NCBI GenBank assembly: GCA_051294375.1
Contig: CM119263.1
Coordinates: 4,405,330-4,420,193, forward strand
Origin: Paraspadella gotoi
Taxonomy: Eukaryota > Animalia > Chaetognatha
DNA length: 14,864 bases
Direction: 5' to 3'
Part shown: positions 9,862 through 14,864 of the stretch, in pieces
How the letters are laid out: every line of letters starts with the position of its first letter
Position numbering within the stretch: the first letter of the stretch is position 1
Program-made: the position numbers and the translations under genes
The notes under the pieces: model-generated
What the model was told of the DNA's origin: nothing
The model's input: only the letters and a program-made list of their open reading frames with translations
Database searches by the model: none

Positions 9862-10082
9862 GTTACAAAATTTGTTCTTTTATTTTATTTTTTTGGCACG
9901 AATGTATAAATAAAGTTCGTTGAAATCCAGTATACTTTATTAAGGATTATAAATACATTCAATAAGCTGTCTTGATGTTTTGTCTTTCGAAAGATAATAA
10001 GATAATAACAGTCAACGATCGGACTCTGCAAGATTCTATCAATAGTTTTTTAAAATTAATTTTACATTTTCACATACAACAG

Positions 10083-10112
10083 AATTTCCGCTTTTTTCTA
10101 TCTCCATGCTAC
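10083..10112 (+). other. Candidate 30-nt 5'UTR exon of FUT8
   Basis: Acceptor ttttacattttcacatacaacAG (10081-10082) and donor TAC|GTAAGT (10113). It pairs with the acceptor at 10316 across a 204-nt intron filled by (GATT)n. Based on splice signals only. Confidence 0.5.
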
Positions 10113-10133
10113 GTAAGTATTAAGTAATGGATT

Positions 10134-10135
<2 letters not shown>

Positions 10136-10231
<96 letters not shown>

Positions 10232-10252
10232 CGATCGATCGATCGATCGATC

Positions 10253-10288
<36 letters not shown>

Positions 10289-10300
10289 GATTGATTGATT
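10136..10300. repeat. (GATT)n microsatellite with an internal (GATC)n block
   Basis: Direct reading; lies in the intron directly before FUT8 coding exon 1. Confidence 0.95.
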
Positions 10301-10344
10301 TTCTCCCCCTTTTTAGACGCCACCCTCCTCTCCCCTTGCCCGCG

Positions 10345-11008
10345 ATGATCGGCCTCCGTCTCGCCCTTCGCTTCTACCTCCGCCCTCTTCTCTTTCTCCT
10401 CTTCTTCTCTTGGGTCGTCGTCGTCGTCTTCTACGTGAGCGTCATGCGCTCCACGGAGGAAACGCTGCGCCGCCGCGTCGATGAGCTTCAGCGGCAGCTG
10501 GCGGCGTCGCTGGCCCGCGGCGAGGCGGAACTGACGGCGGCGCGTTTGGAAGGCGAAGATAGAGTGAGGGAAGAGAGCGCCAAGTTGAATCGGGCGTTGG
10601 AGGAACTTGAAGCGGCGTCGCATCCATCGATCGAACACGAACTGGCGCGGTTCCGGGTCGAAAGGGGCGTGGCCGAAGCGGCGAGGTTCTTCCACGCGCA
10701 GCTCGGCCATTGTCGGCGCCAATTGGAGACGGCATCGGCGCCGAAGGGCAACGCGACGCGCCTGTCGCCGGCTGCGGCGGTGGCGGCGTTAGTGGGGAAG
10801 CGTCTGGCGGAGCTTAGCGTCGAAGGACGATCCCACTTCCGGGCGTTGAAAGTAGATCTGGCTGCGTTGAGAGACGCAGATGGAAACGAAAATTGGAGGA
10901 GAAAAGAGATGATGAGGATTGGAAATCTGGTGCAAGAAAGACTCGACATATTGCAGAATCCAGAAAATTGCAAGAAGGCAAAGAAACTCGTTTGCGAGAT
11001 GAAATCAG
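10345..11008 (+). CDS. FUT8: FUT8 coding exon 1: short cytoplasmic tail, transmembrane anchor, coiled-coil stem, start of catalytic domain
   Basis: Acceptor ttctccccctttttAG at 10315-10316 and ATG at 10345. [13 protein letters not shown] is followed by hydrophobic [21 protein letters not shown]; the stem includes [12 protein letters not shown] and [25 protein letters not shown]. Donor TCAG|GTGAAA at 11009 (phase 1). Confidence 0.9.
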
Positions 11009-11656
11009 GTGAAAGATGTTCACACGTTTTTGGTTTTGAGGTCATTGTTTAAAACGCTATTAACTCCCAAGGATGCGGATTTGGCTGTCAATTTCATTAC
11101 GTTATGTCCTGCCTCGTCCTGGCCTACGCTTCGCAACGAACCCTCGTACTGGAGTCCGCCGGTTGGCATTACTCGCCCAAGAAGGGATGGGAGGGGGCGT
11201 TTCTGCCAATTTCGCGAACTTGTACCGTGACCAATGCCGAAACCTTGGAAAAAGAAAGGAGTAAAAATGGAAAACCAGGTGGTTTATATGAGATTCAATC
11301 AAGCTAAAAATAGCCAGTGATAACAATGACACAATATTGATTAACCGAGACCTTCCGTATTTTTCAATTCAGCTCCCAAGATCCCAATTCCAGTTGCTTC
11401 GCCATTCCAACATAAGGCCAAAGGCATCCGCGAACTCAAGCTGCCATTTTCCTACGATTTCAAAACTAAACCAGTTTATATGCCATTGGCGGTGCCAGAA
11501 GATCTGCGACCGACTTTGGAGAGGATCCACGGCGATCCGTCCGTCTGGTGGTTGGGGCAGATTGCCAAGTATCTCTTCAAACCGCAAACTCGACTGAGAG
11601 AATATTTCGAGGTATTAGGCTTGTGTCATTCTGAACTAGCGAAACACACACAGAGA

Positions 11657-11745
<89 letters not shown>

Positions 11746-13287
11746 GTCCCTCAAGTCTCGCCTGGGCTTCTCGGCCCCCGTCGTGGGCATCCACGTCCGC
11801 CGCACGGACAAACTCATCGTTGAGGCTCAACTGCATGACCTCTCGGAATACATGGGGTTCGTGTCGGAGTGGTTCGAGAGGCTGGAGGCGACGCGACCGA
11901 GGAAGGAGGGCGTCAAGCGGAAGGTCTACCTGGCGACGGACGAACCCAACGTTTTGCGGGAGGCGGAGAAGAGGTGAGTGATGATATGGAGGGTGCGGCG
12001 ATGGTTGCTGCAAGGTTGCTGCAATGCTCTGTTTGAATGGTTGCTGCAAGGTTGCTGCAATGCTCTGTTTGAAGTTGCCACGTAATAAGCGAAGAGGGAA
12101 AAGAGAAAAATGAAAAAAAAAAACACTAAGTGTTGAAAATGATTTTACCAAATCTAAATTGTATGTACGTAAATTTGTTTAATTAAAAATCTTTTTTTTT
12201 TGGTAATCGAGAATTATGTCAATTTTTTTTCTCAACATTCTGACACTTTACGATTATGACAACAACCCTTAAATAATCTACTGATTCTAAAAAATCATTA
12301 ATTCCTAATAATTGATAATTCTTTTCATCTAGATACTCGTCCGACTATAAATTCTTCTACGACTATCAAACGGCGAGCGGAGCCAAATTCGGTCGATACT
12401 CGGAATCCTCGTTGGACAGAATCGTCGCCGATGTAGTCTTTCTGGCGAACTGCGATTTCTTGGTCTGCACTTTTTCTTCTCAGGTCGATTAGCTGGGCGT
12501 TTTTGTTAGTGCATTAGTTAATTGATTAATTGATTAATTGATAATGATAAATTGATTAATTGATTGATTAATTTATTGATTAAACAAATTAATTTATTGA
12601 TTGATTACTTGATTAATTTGAGAGTAATTACATTTTTCTTGCGTTATTATTCTTTTCTTTTTTTTCTTTCTTTCTTTCTTTCTTTCTTTTCTTTCTTTAT
12701 CCTTTCTTAGACTTCTTTCTTTCTTTTTTCTTTCTTTCTTTCTTTTCTTTCTTTCTTTCTTTCTCTTTTTATTTCTTTCCTTTTTTCTATCCCTCTGCCC
12801 GACACAGGTCTGTCGGCTCGCCTACGAAATCATGCAGAGTCTCCGTCCCGACGCGTCGGCCAATTTCGTCTCTTTGGACGACATTTACTACTTTGGCGGC
12901 CAAAGGGAACACCGGGTTCGGGCCATTCGGCCTCACGAGGCCAAAAAGGGCCAGATCGAACTTCAGGTTCGGTTACGTGGAGAGAATGTATTGTCTAATA
13001 TACAATATACAATCTAGGCTTAGAAATTAAATCATGAATTTCACTAATTGTGTCTACAATGTGTATACAATGTCGATAGCTCTATGCAATAATTAATTGT
13101 TGAAATGCAGGTGGGTGACCTCATCAAAATCGACGGGAATCATTGGGACGGATTCTCTATCGGCACAAACCTACGAACTCATTTCCGAGGAAGATTTCCC
13201 TCCTTCAAAGTAGAAGATCACGTAGAATGGGTTCGTTTTCCAGTTTATGGAATCGAACTTCACCAAAGACGCGAGGAAAAACCTTGA
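10345..13287 (+). CDS. FUT8: Alpha-(1,6)-fucosyltransferase (core fucosyltransferase, GT23), spliced 7-exon CDS, ~607 aa type II membrane protein with C-terminal SH3-like domain
   Basis: Manual splicing of join(10345-11008,11072-11278,11373-11611,11747-11973,12333-12483,12808-12966,13111-13287) gives 1824 nt, open to a TGA stop. It contains the FUT8 hallmarks [88 protein letters not shown] and GNHWDG, in the same order as human FUT8 (compared from memory). Confidence 0.96.
11072..11278 (+). CDS. FUT8: FUT8 coding exon 2 ([14 protein letters not shown]...RTLVLES...[14 protein letters not shown])
   Basis: Acceptor cccaAG at 11070-11071 restores G+GA=Gly and the conserved GCGxGCQ motif after a 63-nt intron. 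Donor CCAG|GTGGTT at 11279; an alternative same-phase donor exists at 11261. Confidence 0.88.
11373..11611 (+). CDS. FUT8: FUT8 coding exon 3 (...[50 protein letters not shown]...)
   Basis: Acceptor ttttcaattcAG at 11371-11372 (phase 1), with an alternative in-frame acceptor at 11392-11393. Donor GAG|GTATTA at 11612 (phase 0). Confidence 0.88.
11659..11743. repeat. (CT)n microsatellite forming the polypyrimidine tract of FUT8 intron 3
   Basis: Direct reading; abuts the CAG acceptor at 11744-11746. Confidence 0.95.
11747..11973 (+). CDS. FUT8: FUT8 coding exon 4 (GDP-fucose binding motif [10 protein letters not shown] and motif II VYLATDE)
   Basis: A (CT)n tract runs into a ccAG acceptor at 11745-11746. 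Donor AG|GTGAGT at 11974 (phase 2). Confidence 0.94.
12001..12072. repeat. Perfect 2 x 36-bp tandem duplication in FUT8 intron 4
   Basis: ATGGTTGCTGCAAGGTTGCTGCAATGCTCTGTTTGA at 12001-12036 and 12037-12072; each unit contains two copies of GGTTGCTGCAA. Confidence 0.95.
12333..12483 (+). CDS. FUT8: FUT8 coding exon 5 ([11 protein letters not shown]...[30 protein letters not shown]; motif III), absent from the ORF track
   Basis: Acceptor cttttcatctAG at 12331-12332; AG+A=Arg. The 151-nt exon translates to the conserved RYxExSL..D..FL...[10 protein letters not shown]. Donor CAG|GTCGAT at 12484. Confidence 0.94.
12519..12787. repeat. Degenerate (ATTG/AATT)n then (CTTT)n tracts in FUT8 intron 5
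   Basis: Direct reading. Confidence 0.85.
12808..12966 (+). CDS. FUT8: FUT8 coding exon 6 ([32 protein letters not shown]... start of SH3 domain)
   Basis: A long pyrimidine tract precedes the acacAG acceptor at 12806-12807. 159 nt in frame; donor CAG|GTTCGG at 12967. Confidence 0.94.
13111..13287 (+). CDS. FUT8: FUT8 coding exon 7 (SH3 domain [18 protein letters not shown]...FPSFKV and stop)
   Basis: Acceptor atgcAG at 13109-13110; matches the FUT8 C-terminus pattern GD.I...GNHWDG.S.G......G.(Y/F)PS(Y/F)KV. TGA stop at 13285-13287. Confidence 0.93.
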   Translation: MGDLIKIDGNHWDGFSIGTNLRTHFRGRFPSFKVEDHVEWVRFPVYGIELHQRREEKP

Positions 13288-13589
13288 AATTGGTTTGACA
13301 TATATGGACAACTAAACTAAGTCTACCCGAGCACTTTTTAAGAAATTCAGGTGACAGGAGCCACAAAACTAATATGATCTCCTTTGTTCTACCGAACCTT
13401 GCACGTCTCAAGTTTTTGAAATTATCTTTGCTTGGTCAGTGCCAACCTTATTAAATATATATATTTATTTTCTCATTTGATAATCTTTTTTTTTTAAGTA
13501 ATTATTTTCTTGAGGCAGAACTCCAAAATTGGTTTAGTCAGTTAGTCATAGTTGACAGATCAAAATTTAAAAAAAACTATAAGAACAAC

Positions 13590-13595
13590 AATAAA
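13590..13595 (+). promoter_or_regulatory. Candidate FUT8 polyadenylation signal AATAAA
   Basis: First AATAAA after the stop codon (~300 nt downstream), followed by a T/GT-rich stretch (tttgtggtctttt). Confidence 0.4.
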
Positions 13596-13641
13596 ACGAT
13601 TTTGTGGTCTTTTACTTGAATGTACAAGTAACAGTATTCAC

Positions 13642-14039
13642 TAAGGCGTAGTAAATTTTCTAAATTTAACTTTAATTAAAATTCTAAAAGTGAGGAACGA
13701 ACAACATTATATTAATGAACATTTATGTAATAAAAAAAATTATAATAAATTTTACAATTTACGCAGTAGGCCATATTTATACTAGTACTAAACCAATAAA
13801 TGTTAAAATTTCAAAACAGTTTTTTGTAAGATTTTTTTGCAGATTTGGATTCGTCATAAAAAGTTGATAAAAAGAAATATAACTCTTTTTGAAAAATTCC
13901 TTCATTAAGTGGGTCAAAAATGAGAAAAAGCTATATTTTAAGCTGAAAATTAATTTTTTTTACAAATTAATGTTCACTGATGGTATGTTGTTCATAATTG
14001 ACTTTTAGAATTTTCGTATGTAACTTTCACTACGCCTTA
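13642..14039. mobile_element. Non-autonomous hAT-type DNA transposon (MITE), 398 bp
   Basis: Perfect 11-bp terminal inverted repeats TAAGGCGTAGT (13642-13652) and ACTACGCCTTA (14029-14039), flanked by an exact 8-bp direct repeat GTATTCAC (13634-13641 and 14040-14047). There are additional imperfect subterminal inverted repeats, the interior is AT-rich and there is no ORF. An 8-bp TSD is characteristic of hAT. Confidence 0.85.
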
Positions 14040-14286
14040 GTATTCACATATGCTGAATAAATTAACTAAATATGATTAGCTTCAGCCTGCGTTCTGGGGT
14101 CTAGTATTCGACATATAGGTCAGAATATATTTTTAATTTTAAAAACAAGGAACGGAAAGTTCAAGGAATTTGGAAGTGATGACGTGATGAGACAAGTATG
14201 AAACATATGTGCATGGAAGGTCTTATGCTTCAACAGTAATCAACACCTATAAGTCATCAGAATAAACGCGGTAATTAAGATTGAGG

Positions 14287-14368
14287 GACAGACAGACAGA
14301 CAGACCAAACGAACGACCGACTTACCACTCAAGTGTCTCTTATACAAAGAGTTGCTTCGCCCAACTAA
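14287..14368 (-). mobile_element. Degenerate second HINE-like element end
   Basis: (GACA)n/GACC tetramers, then CTTATA..AGAGTTGC TTCGCC CAACTAA with a short AGTTG/CAACT stem; same layout as 1027-1125. Confidence 0.45.
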
Positions 14369-14396
14369 TTATCGTTAATAAGTCTCTATTGCGCTC

Positions 14397-14440
14397 GGCC
14401 AATCAGAACTTTGCTCACAATCGTCAACAGCCAATGAGCG
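14397..14440 (+). promoter_or_regulatory. Tandem CCAAT (NF-Y) boxes 32 bp apart
   Basis: GGCCAATCAGA (CCAAT 14399-14403) and AGCCAATGAGC (CCAAT 14431-14435) both fit the extended RRCCAATSRG consensus, in a locally CpG-rich patch. Confidence 0.45.
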
Positions 14441-14546
14441 ATTCCGACATATTTGATCGTCGCGCATTTTCCGCTTTTAGTCATTGTCATTTGACGGCGT
14501 AAGAAACGAGAAGGAATTGCAGGGGGTAATGAAAGTTATTGCAATC

Positions 14547-14680
14547 GGTTGGTTGGTTGGTTGGTTGGATTGGTTGGTTGGTTGGTTGGTTGGTTGGTTG
14601 GTTGGTTGGTTGGTGTTGGTTGGTTGGTTTGGTTTGGTTGGTTGGTGTTGGTTGGTTGGTTGGTTGGTTGGTTGGTTATT

Positions 14681-14774
<94 letters not shown>
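14547..14774. repeat. Compound microsatellite (GGTT)n(ATTT)n
   Basis: GGTT units to ~14676, then ATTT units to ~14774. Confidence 0.95.
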
Positions 14775-14776
<2 letters not shown>

Positions 14777-14864
14777 TTTATACCTTCCCTTAATATCTCT
14801 CTTCCTACCTTCCCTTAACCTTCCGTTTTCACTCCCTTTCCCGTTTCCTTTTTCTGTATCTACT

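Noticed and set aside
10291-10344. ORF-track start at 10291 extending FUT8 N-terminally
   Set aside because: It uses a TTG inside the intronic GATT repeat, upstream of the acceptor at 10316. ATG 10345 gives the expected short tail plus transmembrane anchor.
10132-11045. Antisense and alternative-frame ORFs over FUT8 exon 1 (196 aa, 185 aa and others)
   Set aside because: Shadow ORFs expected from GC-rich coding sequence and the GATT repeat.
14547-14676. (GGTT)n as a telomeric array
   Set aside because: The unit is a tetramer rather than TTAGG or TTAGGG, it is interstitial, and it is fused to (ATTT)n; an ordinary compound microsatellite.

Overview
This is eukaryotic (invertebrate-like metazoan) genomic DNA from a gapped, microsatellite-rich draft assembly, with N gaps at 332-452, 1395-1978, 2529-2695 and 6868-7462. 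Most listed ORFs are artefacts of N-runs and simple repeats. The one well-supported gene is a complete + strand alpha-(1,6)-fucosyltransferase (FUT8, GT23) in 7 coding exons: 10345-11008, 11072-11278, 11373-11611, 11747-11973, 12333-12483, 12808-12966, 13111-13287. All introns are GT-AG and phase-compatible, giving 1824 nt and 607 aa. Its catalytic motifs are intact, but several acceptor-side positions and one loop diverge from human FUT8. Around it I find a candidate promoter cluster (~7870-7900), candidate 5'UTR micro-exons with a spliced uORF whose stop overlaps the FUT8 start, a clean 398-bp hAT-type MITE with an 8-bp target-site duplication just 3' of the gene, two DINE-1/Helentron-like element ends (one carrying a CTCF-like motif), a pair of CCAAT boxes 32 bp apart near the right end, and several mini- and microsatellites. 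I see no convincing evidence of a wholly new biological system; the best leads are regulatory, splicing and transposon observations.
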